A stretch of 64,000 bases of DNA from assembly GCA_038870455.1 (NCBI GenBank), contig JAWCPB010000001.1, forward strand, positions 21,449 through 85,448, read 5' to 3'. Below, in pieces: positions 38,453 through 47,888 of this stretch (positions within the stretch are counted from its first letter, which is position 1; each line of letters opens with the position of its first letter). The DNA comes from Candidatus Micrarchaeia archaeon (GTDB taxonomy: Archaea > Micrarchaeota > Micrarchaeia > Burarchaeales > JACRGF01). Both the position numbers and the translations under genes were made by a program. The notes under the pieces are model-generated. The model was not told where the DNA came from. It did not search any database and saw nothing but the letters and a program-made list of their open reading frames with translations.

Positions 38453-39857
38453 GCCTTTCCTCCAGCAGTTTCATCGCCGCAAGAGCCTTTTCATCCTCAA
38501 ACGCCTTTGCGTGGAACTGCGCGCCCACGCTCAGTCCGCCAATTTTCCCGCACGGGATCACGCCGGCGGGAATGCCGCACAGGTTCGCGCTGACAGTGAG
38601 GACATCGGAGAGGTACATCTCAAGCGGGTTGAGCTTCTCCCCGATTTTCCACGGAAGGACCGGCATGGCCGGCCCGAAGAGCACATCGCACTTGGCGAGC
38701 GCGGCCTCGAATTCCTTCTTGAGCGCCGCGCGCGCCCTCAGCGTCTTGCCGAGCCACGCCTCATGGAATTCCTTCATGGTGATGAAAGTGCCGAGGAGAA
38801 TGCGGCGCTTGACTTCCTTGCCGAGTGCCCTGTCACGCACTTCGCTGACCGCAGCGATGAGCGGCTTGGTGAGGTCGGCGGCCGCGCCGTACCGCAGGCC
38901 GTCGTACCTCTGCATGGCGGAAGAGAACTCGGCGAAGTTCAGGAGATAGTAAATGGGAATGGCGTACTCGATGGAGGGAATGGAGACTTCGATGAGGGAA
39001 GCGCCGGTTTTCTCCAGCTTCCCTGCAGCCTCCCTCACGGCCTTTCCGACTTCCGCATTGACTCCTTCGAAAAACTGTTTTGGAACGCCCACGCGCAGCC
39101 TTTCTTGAGCCGCGAGATTGAATTCCCTGGGCTTTACTCCCGCAGTGACAGGGTCGAGCTTGTCCTCGCCCGCGATGACTGAGAGCACCTGCGCGGCGCT
39201 CGCCGAGTCTGCCGCGAGCGGGCCGATCTGGTCGAGCGACATTCCCATGTCAATCAATCCGTAGCGCGAGACCAAGCCGTAAGAGGGCTTGAAGCCGACC
39301 ACGCCGCAGAAAGCCGCTGGGCAGCGGATGCTTCCGCCCGTGTCGGTGCCGAGCGCGGCGTCGCAGAAGCCTGCCGCGACCGATGCGGCCGCGCCGCCGC
39401 TGCTCCCGCCCGGAACGCGCTCTTCATCAAGCGGGTTTCTGGTCGGGAAAAACGCGCTGTGAGTCGTGTCGCTTCCGCAAGCGAATTCGTCCATGTTCGT
39501 GCTGCCGATGATTATTGCGTCCTCGGCGAGAAGGCGCTGCACAGCGGTCGCGGTGTATGGCGCAACGTAGTTTTCGAGCATTTTCGAGCTGCAGGTGGCC
39601 CTTTTTCCTTTCAAGCACAGGTTGCTTTTGATGGAGAAGACCACTCCGGCGAGCCGACCGAGCCTCTCGCCCCTCCTCGCCCTCGCATCAATTTCCCTGG
39701 CTTTCGCCAGCGCGTCTTTCTCAAACACCTCAACGAATGCATGAATGCGCCCATCCCTCTTGCGAATCGCCTCAAGAAAGCCCGCCGTGCGCTCTTCCGC
39801 GGATAGCCTGCCATCCCTCACCGCCTTTGCGGTCTCGAAGACGCCCATTTTATTCAC
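38445..39857 (-). CDS. gatA: Asp/Glu-tRNA amidotransferase subunit A
   Basis: TNMDEFA, PGGSSGG, GTDTGGSIRCPA, EVKRRILLG. Confidence 0.96.
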   Translation of the reverse strand: MNKMGVFETAKAVRDGRLSAEERTAGFLEAIRKRDGRIHAFVEVFEKDALAKAREIDARARRGERLGRLAGVVFSIKSNLCLKGKRATCSSKMLENYVAPYTATAVQRLLAEDAIIIGSTNMDEFACGSDTTHSAFFPTRNPLDEERVPGGSSGGAAASVAAGFCDAALGTDTGGSIRCPAAFCGVVGFKPSYGLVSRYGLIDMGMSLDQIGPLAADSASAAQVLSVIAGEDKLDPVTAGVKPREFNLAAQERLRVGVPKQFFEGVNAEVGKAVREAAGKLEKTGASLIEVSIPSIEYAIPIYYLLNFAEFSSAMQRYDGLRYGAAADLTKPLIAAVSEVRDRALGKEVKRRILLGTFITMKEFHEAWLGKTLRARAALKKEFEAALAKCDVLFGPAMPVLPWKIGEKLNPLEMYLSDVLTVSANLCGIPAGVIPCGKIGGLSVGAQFHAKAFEDEKALAAMKLLEERHA

Positions 39858-40135
39858 TCCAGCGACTTGGGCGCGGAAAGAAACCTGCCCTCCTTCCTGT
39901 TGAAGTTCGCGAGAATACCCTCAACCTCTTCGCATTCCTCCGCCATGTCCTCCCTGAGGGCGTTGGCGAGCTCCCTTCCGTAGTAACGGGCCTCGCCTTC
40001 GCCCATCTTCCGTATTTTCGAGAAATGCGCGAGAATCTCCTCGAGCTCTTTCCTGAATGAAGCCAGCTCGGCCTGCGACAGGCGGAGCCTCGCGATCTCG
40101 GCGACCTTGCGCAGTGTTTCTTCAGAGAATTTCAC
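39854..40135 (-). CDS. gatC: Asp/Glu-tRNA amidotransferase subunit C
   Basis: VAEIARLRL, NALRED. Directly upstream of gatA. Confidence 0.9.
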   Translation of the reverse strand: MKFSEETLRKVAEIARLRLSQAELASFRKELEEILAHFSKIRKMGEGEARYYGRELANALREDMAEECEEVEGILANFNRKEGRFLSAPKSLE

Positions 40136-40144
40136 GGGCTCGCC

Positions 40145-41533
40145 TCACGGCATCCTCTTCCCGAAATACTCACGCAGCGCCAGTGTGCACGCCTCGTTCT
40201 TCAGAGCCTGCGCTCCCTCGAGCACCCTGAACCCCCTTCTCAGCGAAGCCGCGATGTGCGAGGGCAGGGCGTACTTCAGCGGGCGCGCCACGATCTCCTT
40301 CAGGAGTGAAGCCGCGGTGGTGTGCCGCCTTCTCTCTATCGCGACCGCCCTCGTCCCCTCAATGAACGGGCCTCCGAGCGCGCGGCCGTGTGCTGCCACG
40401 AAAGCATCGAGGTCCTGTGCATGCCACACGTCGGGACCCCTGACCTTCCTCGCGGGGGACAGCTCGGCGACCTCGAGCTCGAAGAGGAGGACGCACGATT
40501 TTTTCTCGTCGCTCCACCACCCGCTGCCGATGAGGCGGAAGCCGGCCGCCTCCAGGTGCTTCGAGACTGCATGCGCGGCTTTCTTGAGCTGGGGCCACAG
40601 CACGTCCGGAACGACGCCCGGAGCGCGGAATAGAAGGACGAGCACGTTCTTTCTCTCGGCGAGGGCTTTCCTGAGGCGGGCGGCCGAAATCTCTTTTTTC
40701 GCCGGGAAAAAGAACCTCTCGCTCGGCTTCTTCAAGAACTTTCTCGCCGCGCAGACGAACGTGGCGAGCGAGGCCTCGCTCACCACGGCAGCGACGTTTC
40801 TCTCCCTGTCCACGGGATCAACGGCTATCATCGGTGTGGGGAACTTCTGGCCCAGCGCGCGCTCGTCATAATGCTTTTCCACGTCAATGACGGGTCTCCG
40901 CCACCTTTCGACCGCGGCAATCACGTTGGCGAAAGAACCGTAGTGCGCAACGAGCAGCTCGCACAAGTAGCCCGAAAAGCCTTCGACTTTGAGCTCGGCG
41001 CCGTACGCGTCGATGCCTTTGAGGAAGGCCTTGAGCAGCCGCACGTCATCCCGCTGTTTTTCGGTGAGCCTGGCCTTGACCCACTTGGTGTGCAGCTGGC
41101 TCCTGTCCACGCTCGTGGCCTTCTCGCTGATCTCCTCTATCTTGTAGCTCGGGACGATGTCGGCGTCGCACGCCTCGAAGCTCGCGTGCAGGTAAGGATG
41201 CTCGGCGTAGCCAATCGTCCAGGGGTGGGGCGCGATGGCGGCCTTGGCCCACCGGAGGCCCAGCGTTTCGAGCTGTTTCCTGGAATATGTTTTCGGAAAT
41301 AGGATGAACACATCGAAGTCCCTGTCGCCCTTGAGGTTGGTTTGCTTGGCGATGCTGCCCGCGAGCTCGACCTCGACATCCCCCGGGATGACTGCCTTGA
41401 GCCGCGCCATGATTCTGTCCGCGAGCAGGCGCTCGGCGAACTCCTCGCTCCTTGTCGGTTTTATCTTCCGAAGCACACGCGCGCACACCCGCTCGAGCTC
41501 TGCCGCGGTGGCTTCGATGCCGGTTTCCTTCAC
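40145..41533 (-). CDS. cca: CCA-adding enzyme (class I, archaeal)
   Basis: GSIAKQTNLKGDRDFDVF, YAEHPY, SVDRSQLH, GFSGYLCELL, DPVDRERNVAA. GTG 41533 preferred. Confidence 0.95.
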   Translation of the reverse strand: MKETGIEATAAELERVCARVLRKIKPTRSEEFAERLLADRIMARLKAVIPGDVEVELAGSIAKQTNLKGDRDFDVFILFPKTYSRKQLETLGLRWAKAAIAPHPWTIGYAEHPYLHASFEACDADIVPSYKIEEISEKATSVDRSQLHTKWVKARLTEKQRDDVRLLKAFLKGIDAYGAELKVEGFSGYLCELLVAHYGSFANVIAAVERWRRPVIDVEKHYDERALGQKFPTPMIAVDPVDRERNVAAVVSEASLATFVCAARKFLKKPSERFFFPAKKEISAARLRKALAERKNVLVLLFRAPGVVPDVLWPQLKKAAHAVSKHLEAAGFRLIGSGWWSDEKKSCVLLFELEVAELSPARKVRGPDVWHAQDLDAFVAAHGRALGGPFIEGTRAVAIERRRHTTAASLLKEIVARPLKYALPSHIAASLRRGFRVLEGAQALKNEACTLALREYFGKRMP

Positions 41534-41588
41534 GCCCGTTATTTTACCAATCAATAATATTAATAACGCGTATTGCATAGCTCTCTGC

Positions 41589-42014
41589 ATGAGGGGCCAG
41601 GCGGGCGTAGAGGTCCTCATTGTCGTCGGCATCATCGTCGTCCTGCTCATTCCGTTCATTCTCGGAATCTACGCGCAGGCGCAGACTTTCGGTGACCAGG
41701 TGAACGTCAATCAGGCGGACAGGATGGCGCTCACGCTGTCGGAGGCCGTGGATGTCGTCGTGGCGAGCGGGGAGGGCAGCAACCTGACCGTTTTCGTGAC
41801 CACGCCCGCGAACGTGCAGGAGATTCGGGCGGGCGGCCGCGAGATAGTCATCCGCCTGGCCGTCATAGGCGGAGAGACGGAGATAGTCAAGACGACCAGG
41901 GCGAACCTCACCAGCCAGAACCTGGACAGGATCCGCTCGCCCGGAACGTACAAGGTTTTCGTGGCCGCAGAGCGCTCCCCCGCGGGCGCGCTCGCGCGCA
42001 TAGAGCCCGCGTGA
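41589..42014 (+). CDS. class III signal peptide (pilin-like) protein
   Basis: MRG/QAGVE followed by a hydrophobic helix. Paralog of 52957..53385. Confidence 0.85.
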   Translation: MRGQAGVEVLIVVGIIVVLLIPFILGIYAQAQTFGDQVNVNQADRMALTLSEAVDVVVASGEGSNLTVFVTTPANVQEIRAGGREIVIRLAVIGGETEIVKTTRANLTSQNLDRIRSPGTYKVFVAAERSPAGALARIEPA

Positions 42015-42090
42015 AGGTGGGAGCACGCCGCTTTCAAAGCTCGAGGTTCTGGAGAGAAAGAGAAGGCGCCTGGCTTACTAGCTCGAGAGC

Positions 42091-42372
42091 GTGACGCGAG
42101 AGATCAGCGAGCTCACCCTCAAGGGAGCCAAGGAGCTTGCGAGGGAAGCGCATTCGTTCTTCACCGACATCGACGTCGTCGTGCTCCTGCTGTGGTCGCT
42201 CATCTCGCCCGCGGCGGGGCTCGCCTACATAGCATGGGTGAGGTATCCACGCCTGCGATTTTACGTCATCCCGCCTCTCGCGCTCGTGAGCATCGTGCAG
42301 TTTATCCTGCAGTGGAGCTGGGTGATTTACTTCCTGCTGCGGATGTTCAGAGCCCTGCCTTCGCTGCCTTAA
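42091..42372 (+). CDS. small membrane protein, possibly N-terminally disrupted
   Basis: Two to three hydrophobic segments. Coding-like sequence continues upstream past an in-frame TAG. Confidence 0.5.
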   Translation: MTREISELTLKGAKELAREAHSFFTDIDVVVLLLWSLISPAAGLAYIAWVRYPRLRFYVIPPLALVSIVQFILQWSWVIYFLLRMFRALPSLP

Positions 42373-43459
42373 AGCCCGCTCCCCTGCGGGTTTTTTTCGT
42401 CGCGCGCTCGAGCAGCTTGGCCAGCTCGTCAAGCAGGTTGTGGAAAATGAGCTTTAGGTCCCACCCTTGAATGCTGGCATTCACCCTCTCCTTGGCGGTC
42501 TGCACGCTGCCCGCCAGCGAGTAAAGGTGCCGGGCGCCCCTCACGCGCTGTTTTTTCGCCGCCACGCGCATTTTCTGGATGGTGTAGGCTTTTCCGTACT
42601 TGGCGAGGAACCTGTCCAAGTACCCGCGCAACACGCCAACGCTCTCCCTGTCCTCGGCGTCGAAGCCGCTGAGCTCAGCCCGCGGCTCCTCGACCACCAG
42701 GATGTTTCCGAAAATGTCTTTGGCTGAAATAAGCCCCAGCGGCCTCTCTCCCTCCCCGAGCACAATGAGCGTCGAAACGTTTTTGTCTGCCATGAGCAGC
42801 GCGGCGTCGGCGAGGCTTGCGTCCGGCGGAACCGCATCGACAGGCTCCCTCTTGAGGGAGCTCACGGGCTGTTCGCTGAGCCCCAGCCTTTCCCTGACAA
42901 GCGGGGGCCTGTCCTTCGGCTTGGCGAGCGCGGTGCTGAGCTCGAAAGTGCCTATCACCCCTGAAAACCGCCCGCTCTCGTCCACCACAACGAGCCTCTT
43001 GACCTTTTTCTCCCTCATGCTCGCCCTCGCCGCAGCGAGGGAAGCGCTTTCCGGAATCGTGGCGGCCGGAGCGCTCATGAAGTCAGCCACCCTCCCCTTT
43101 GGAAGGAGGTTTCCCTTCGCCAGCGCAGCGAGCACTTCCGCCCTCGCCACCACCGCGGAGGGTTTTTCCCTCTCAACGACCGGCAGGGCCTTGAAAGGCG
43201 AGTTGTAGAACAGCCTGCAGATTTCCAGCAGGCTGGCGCCCCTCTCCACAGCGGGCGCCGGAACGGCGTACGCACCGGCCTTCGCCTTCGTGGGGTCGGG
43301 CGGCATTCTCGTGATGCACCTGTCGTCGATTATTCCCTCGTACTTTCCGTTCCTCGTGACGACCACGCACGTGCCTGTTTTCGCAAGCTCCGCCGCGACT
43401 TTGCTCAACGGTTCTTCGAAGTCGAACACGACGGGCTTCTGTTCCCTGATCTCCACCAT
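42347..43459 (-). CDS. CBS-domain protein (two CBS pairs) with C-terminal HPF/RaiA-like domain
   Basis: CBS motifs KALPVV, VADFMS, VKRLVVVDESG, LGLISAKDI. The C-terminal ~100 aa show a beta-alpha-beta-beta-beta-alpha pattern ending GWDLKLIFHNLLDELAKLL. Confidence 0.82.
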   Translation of the reverse strand: MVEIREQKPVVFDFEEPLSKVAAELAKTGTCVVVTRNGKYEGIIDDRCITRMPPDPTKAKAGAYAVPAPAVERGASLLEICRLFYNSPFKALPVVEREKPSAVVARAEVLAALAKGNLLPKGRVADFMSAPAATIPESASLAAARASMREKKVKRLVVVDESGRFSGVIGTFELSTALAKPKDRPPLVRERLGLSEQPVSSLKREPVDAVPPDASLADAALLMADKNVSTLIVLGEGERPLGLISAKDIFGNILVVEEPRAELSGFDAEDRESVGVLRGYLDRFLAKYGKAYTIQKMRVAAKKQRVRGARHLYSLAGSVQTAKERVNASIQGWDLKLIFHNLLDELAKLLERATKKTRRGAGFKAAKAGL

Positions 43460-43470
43460 GGCAACCCCCC

Positions 43471-43764
43471 TCATTTCCTCTCGCACGCCTTCTCAAGCTC
43501 GAAAAAATGCTGTTCGGACAGCACGAACCGCAGCTCGTGGCGGTCGCCCATGACGTCGAACGCGGTGAGCTGCGCCTCCACCTTCCCCAACTGCAGCCTC
43601 CTTGAAATCCTCAGCTCCCTCGCGTACCCGAGCGGAATTTTCAGCGACTGGCTTCCCTTCACCGCCAGCCCCCTCTCGCAAACCTCGATAGAGCCCGCCG
43701 GGGAGTCGAACGCGTCGCCGTAAATCGGGATTGACGAAATCGTTTTTCCAAGCAGCGCATCCAT
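43471..43764 (-). CDS. hypothetical protein
   Basis: ATG 43764. Beta-rich with a C-terminal helix, co-oriented with the CBS gene. Confidence 0.65.
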   Translation of the reverse strand: MDALLGKTISSIPIYGDAFDSPAGSIEVCERGLAVKGSQSLKIPLGYARELRISRRLQLGKVEAQLTAFDVMGDRHELRFVLSEQHFFELEKACERK

Positions 43765-43838
43765 TGACAGTCGCCGAAGCCAATTGGGGAGATAGCCTTT
43801 AAATACGCATCTCCCAAAGTTAGGCAGCGAGGTAAAAA

Positions 43839-44417
43839 ATGGCAAGGCGCGTGCGAAAAGGGCAGTCTGCGATGGAGTACCTCATCACCTACGGGTGGGC
43901 GCTGCTCATCATGCTCGCCGTGCTTGCCACGCTCTACTCCATGGGCCTCTTCCGGCCCTCGAGGTACATGCCCCAGGAGTGCGTCTTCCAGCCGAGCTTC
44001 ACGTGCCCCTCGTTCATCCTCAAGCAGATTCCCACCGGGGGATACAACCTGTCCTTCACTGCGGTGAACGGCCTGGGCTTTGACATCATCGTTGATGAAG
44101 CCAACCTGACTACGGAAGACGTGGGCATGCCGGGCAAGCAGGTTTATTCCTCCGCGCTCTGTTCGGCCACGGGCTTGCCGCGGTGCGAGGTTCTCGTGAA
44201 TGGAAACTACCCGCCCACGGGTGTCGTACGGCCGGGCGACGCGGTGGTGTTCTCTTTCCTCATCTTTGAAAACACCGCCGCGCCTACGGTGGGCTCGCTC
44301 GAGCGCGCTCACGTTTCGCTCGCCTATCGCAACTGCGCGGTGGCCACGCGGGACTGCGAGGACGGCACGCCCCACGTCATCAGCGGCAGGATAACCGCGG
44401 TTGTCGAGCCTGGCTGA
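43839..44417 (+). CDS. class III signal peptide (pilin-like) protein
   Basis: RKG/QSAMEYLITYGWALLI. Confidence 0.9.
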   Translation: MARRVRKGQSAMEYLITYGWALLIMLAVLATLYSMGLFRPSRYMPQECVFQPSFTCPSFILKQIPTGGYNLSFTAVNGLGFDIIVDEANLTTEDVGMPGKQVYSSALCSATGLPRCEVLVNGNYPPTGVVRPGDAVVFSFLIFENTAAPTVGSLERAHVSLAYRNCAVATRDCEDGTPHVISGRITAVVEPG

Positions 44418-44478
44418 GGCCCCGCCCACCGCCATATTTTTATATACCTTCAGCGAGCCTATTCTAGGCGACCCGTAA

Positions 44479-47400
44479 ATGTTTATTTCGCGCATCCGCT
44501 TCCGTAACTTCAAGTCTTTCCGCTATGCAGACATTCCGCTCTCCAAGGGCTTTGTGTGCCTGGCAGGCCCCAACGGCTCGGGCAAGAGCAACATCTGCGA
44601 CGCCATCCGCTTCGCGCTCGGCGAGAACTCGCTCAAGGCCATTCGCGCGAAGAAAGTCTCCGACCTCATAACCACGGGCGCGGACAAGGCCGAAATCCAC
44701 CTTCACCTCGACGGCGAGGCGGATTATGAGATAAAGCGCGCCATCCGAAGCGACGGCAAGACCGCGTACAGGCTGAACGGAAAGCGGACCACACGCAGCC
44801 TCGTGCTCGACGCGCTGCGGCCGCATGGCGTGGAGGCGAGCGCGCACAACGTCATCGCACAGGGCGAGGTTGAGCGCATCGTCCAGATGTCGCCCAAAGA
44901 AAGGCGGGAGATAATAGACCACGTGGCGGGCATCAGCGATTACGAGGAGAAGAAAAAGGAGGCACTGAGGGAGCTCGATGCAGTGGAGGGGAAAATCGGG
45001 GACGCAACGCTCATCCTCAAGGAAAGGGAGGGCGTGTTGGCCGAGCTCGAGAAAGAGCGTGATGCTGCGCTCAAGTACCTGGAAATCAAGGGCAGGCTGC
45101 AGCGCCTCAAGGGCTCGCTGCTTTACACGGAGCTGCAGAAAGCTGAGAGGGACCACGCGCGCGCCGTGGAGAAGGGCGTGGCGCTCGCGGCCGAGCTCGA
45201 CAGAATGCAGGGGGAGCTGGCCGCGCTCGATGCGAGGATAAAGGAGGGTGAGGCGAAACGCGATGCGATAGTCTCGAGCATCAACGAGCTTGGCGGAACT
45301 GAGAAGGCGCTGCGCGAGGTGGAGGAACTCAAGCGCGCCCAAGCCCTCGAAGAGAACGAGAGGAAGAACAGGCAGGCCGAGGCGGGCAGGCTGCGGGGAA
45401 GGCTCAGGGAATTCATGGAAGAGGCGGACACGGTGGAGATGAAGCTCGGCGCTTTCGGCAGCGACGTGCGCGCCTGGAGCGAAGAGCTCGCGTCGCTCTC
45501 TAAGGAGCTGGCCGGCCTCGAGGCCGAGCGGGCTCGCCTGGAGGGGGAGGCCGGCGTGGGAACGCGCGCGCTCGAAGCCGCGAGAACCGAGGTCGAGCTT
45601 CTAGGCCAGGCGCTCGAGTCCGCGAAAGACTCGCTCAACTCCCTCGAGCTCGAGAAGGCCAAGGCGCTTCAAGGAAAAGAGGCCGCGGCGCGCGAGCGCG
45701 CGCGCATTCAGGCCGAGCTGGAAGAGGGCGGCGGAAAAATCAGCGGGCTGAAGGAAAAAGCGAGGGAAGCGCTCGACGAAGCCGCCAAAGCAGGAAGGGA
45801 GCTCGACAACCTGTTCGCGAAGGAAAAGGAGTTGAACGCGCGCCTCGTCGAGCTCGAAAAAGAACTGCTTTCCGTGAGGGAAAAGTGGGCGGTCGCGAGA
45901 GCGGCCGCGGGCAGGGAGCCGGCCGCGGACGCCATCGACTTTGTTCGCTCGCTGCGCGACAAGCGGGTTGTCAAAGGCATTCACGGGACTGTCGGCGAGC
46001 TGTGCTCCTTCGCCCCGGACATTGCGGTCGCCGTGGAGGCGGCCGCCGGCCTGCGCCTCAACTACATCATCGTGGACAGCGTTGATGCCGCGAGCGAGGC
46101 CGTCAGGCTTCTCAAGCAGAAGAAGGCAGGCAGGTGCACTTTCATTCCATTGGACAGGAAGTTCTCTGCGGCAAAGGCCGAGGCTCGGGAGGGCGCGCGC
46201 CCGCTCCTCGAACTCATCCAGTTCGATGCCAAGCTTCTGCCTGCCATGCACTATGTCTTCGGCGACACCCTGCTCGTCAAGGACCTCGAGCACGCCAGAG
46301 AAATCGGGATAGGCAGGGCGCGCATGGTCACGCTCGAAGGCGATGTGGCTGAGCCGTCAAGCGTCATAACCGGAGGCTTCTTCAAGAGCAGGCTCGCGCT
46401 CAAGGAAAGGCTTCAGGCCGGCGCCCTCGAGAAGGAGATAGAGCGGCTCAAGACCGAGAAGGACAGGCTGTTTGCCGAAATCACCGGCATCCGCGAGGAG
46501 ATGAACAGGAAGAGGAAAGCGCGCGCCGATGCCGAGGTGAGGGCGAAGTCGCTTGAGATAGAGGTGAGGAGCTGGGAGGCCGCGGACGAGCGGAGGAAGA
46601 AGCTCGCCGCAGCCGCGGGCGAGCTGTCCGCGAAGGAAAGCGAGCTGGAAGAAAAAACGAGGGAATTGTCCGTCAGAGCAGAAGAAAAGGCGCGCGAGGT
46701 GGAGGAAATAGAGGAAAAACGGGCGAGGGCGAAGGCCTCGCTGGCCTCGCTCGAGCGCGCGGCCTCGGGAAAAGCCCTGCTCGAGCTCGGCGAACGCGTT
46801 TCCCAGCTCAAGGAAAAGTACGCAGCGCTCGAAGCCCGGCTGGGCGGCAGGAAGAACGAAATAGAGTTGCTGAGCCAGAGGAAGGCCGCGCTCGAGAACG
46901 ACATCCGCGCCGCGAAAGAGGAGCTACACGCCTGCGAGGCCCGCATAAAAGAATGCGAGGCCTCCCTGGAGCAGAGGAAGGGCCTCATCACGCAGAAGGA
47001 GCTCGCGCTCGCCGCCGCGAGCGACAGCCTGCAGGGCCTGTTCAGGCAGAGGGAAGAGTTGCAGAGGGAGCTCGAGGAGCTGGCGCGCAGCCGCGGCGCT
47101 ATGACCACGAGGCTCGAGAGGCTCAGGGAAGACAGGGCGCAGAGCGAGACCAGCAAAGCCGTTCTCGAGCAGAAGCTGGCCGACCTCAAGGCCGAGTTCT
47201 CGGCCTTCGGCGCCTTCGAGCCCATCGAGGGAAAGAAGGACGAGCTTCAGGCGCAGGTGGTCGCGCTCGAGCGCGAGCTCGAGGCCCTTGGGGCAATCAA
47301 CCTGCGCGCGCCCGAAGTGTATGAAGAGAGGAAGAAGGACCTGGAGGAGCTGCGCGTGAAGGTCGAGAAGCTGGCCGAGGAAAAGAGCGCCGTCCTCCTG

Positions 47401-47886
47401 ATGATTGACGAGCTCGAGGCCAAAAAGCTCGCCATATTCCAGGAGACCTTCCGCGTGGTGGCAGAGAACTTCAGGAAGCTCTTCGGCTACATCTTCAAGG
47501 GGGAGGGCACGCTCGCACTGCAGGTTCCGACAGACCCGTTCAACTCCGGCCTCATGATAAAAGCGCGTTACGAGGGAGGCCGGGAGAGGCACATCGAGGC
47601 CTTGAGCGGCGGCGAGAGGTCGCTGCTCGCCCTGCTCTTCGTCTTCGCCATCCACATGTACAAGCCCGCGCCCTTCTACATCCTCGACGAGGTCGAGGCC
47701 GCGCTTGACAAAGCCAACTCCAAGAAGCTCGCCGACCTGCTGCGCGAGCTGGCCAAAAACACGCAGTTCATCGTCGTCACGCACAACGACACCATCCTCT
47801 CTTCCGCGGACGTGGCGCTCGGCGTCACGATGACCGAGGAAGGCTCGAAGATAGTGGGAGTGAACCTCACCGAAGCAAGGGCGTAG
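44479..47886 (+). CDS. smc: chromosome segregation protein SMC
   Basis: NFKSF, GPNGSGKSN, hinge GRCTFIPL, LSGGE, LDEVEAALD, VVTH. Confidence 0.96.
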   Translation: MFISRIRFRNFKSFRYADIPLSKGFVCLAGPNGSGKSNICDAIRFALGENSLKAIRAKKVSDLITTGADKAEIHLHLDGEADYEIKRAIRSDGKTAYRLNGKRTTRSLVLDALRPHGVEASAHNVIAQGEVERIVQMSPKERREIIDHVAGISDYEEKKKEALRELDAVEGKIGDATLILKEREGVLAELEKERDAALKYLEIKGRLQRLKGSLLYTELQKAERDHARAVEKGVALAAELDRMQGELAALDARIKEGEAKRDAIVSSINELGGTEKALREVEELKRAQALEENERKNRQAEAGRLRGRLREFMEEADTVEMKLGAFGSDVRAWSEELASLSKELAGLEAERARLEGEAGVGTRALEAARTEVELLGQALESAKDSLNSLELEKAKALQGKEAAARERARIQAELEEGGGKISGLKEKAREALDEAAKAGRELDNLFAKEKELNARLVELEKELLSVREKWAVARAAAGREPAADAIDFVRSLRDKRVVKGIHGTVGELCSFAPDIAVAVEAAAGLRLNYIIVDSVDAASEAVRLLKQKKAGRCTFIPLDRKFSAAKAEAREGARPLLELIQFDAKLLPAMHYVFGDTLLVKDLEHAREIGIGRARMVTLEGDVAEPSSVITGGFFKSRLALKERLQAGALEKEIERLKTEKDRLFAEITGIREEMNRKRKARADAEVRAKSLEIEVRSWEAADERRKKLAAAAGELSAKESELEEKTRELSVRAEEKAREVEEIEEKRARAKASLASLERAASGKALLELGERVSQLKEKYAALEARLGGRKNEIELLSQRKAALENDIRAAKEELHACEARIKECEASLEQRKGLITQKELALAAASDSLQGLFRQREELQRELEELARSRGAMTTRLERLREDRAQSETSKAVLEQKLADLKAEFSAFGAFEPIEGKKDELQAQVVALERELEALGAINLRAPEVYEERKKDLEELRVKVEKLAEEKSAVLLMIDELEAKKLAIFQETFRVVAENFRKLFGYIFKGEGTLALQVPTDPFNSGLMIKARYEGGRERHIEALSGGERSLLALLFVFAIHMYKPAPFYILDEVEAALDKANSKKLADLLRELAKNTQFIVVTHNDTILSSADVALGVTMTEEGSKIVGVNLTEARA

Positions 47887-47888
47887 CG

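Noticed and set aside
44479-47886. SMC as Wadjet (JetC) or Rad50
   Set aside because: It has a canonical SMC hinge, no Zn-hook CxxC and no jetABD neighbours.
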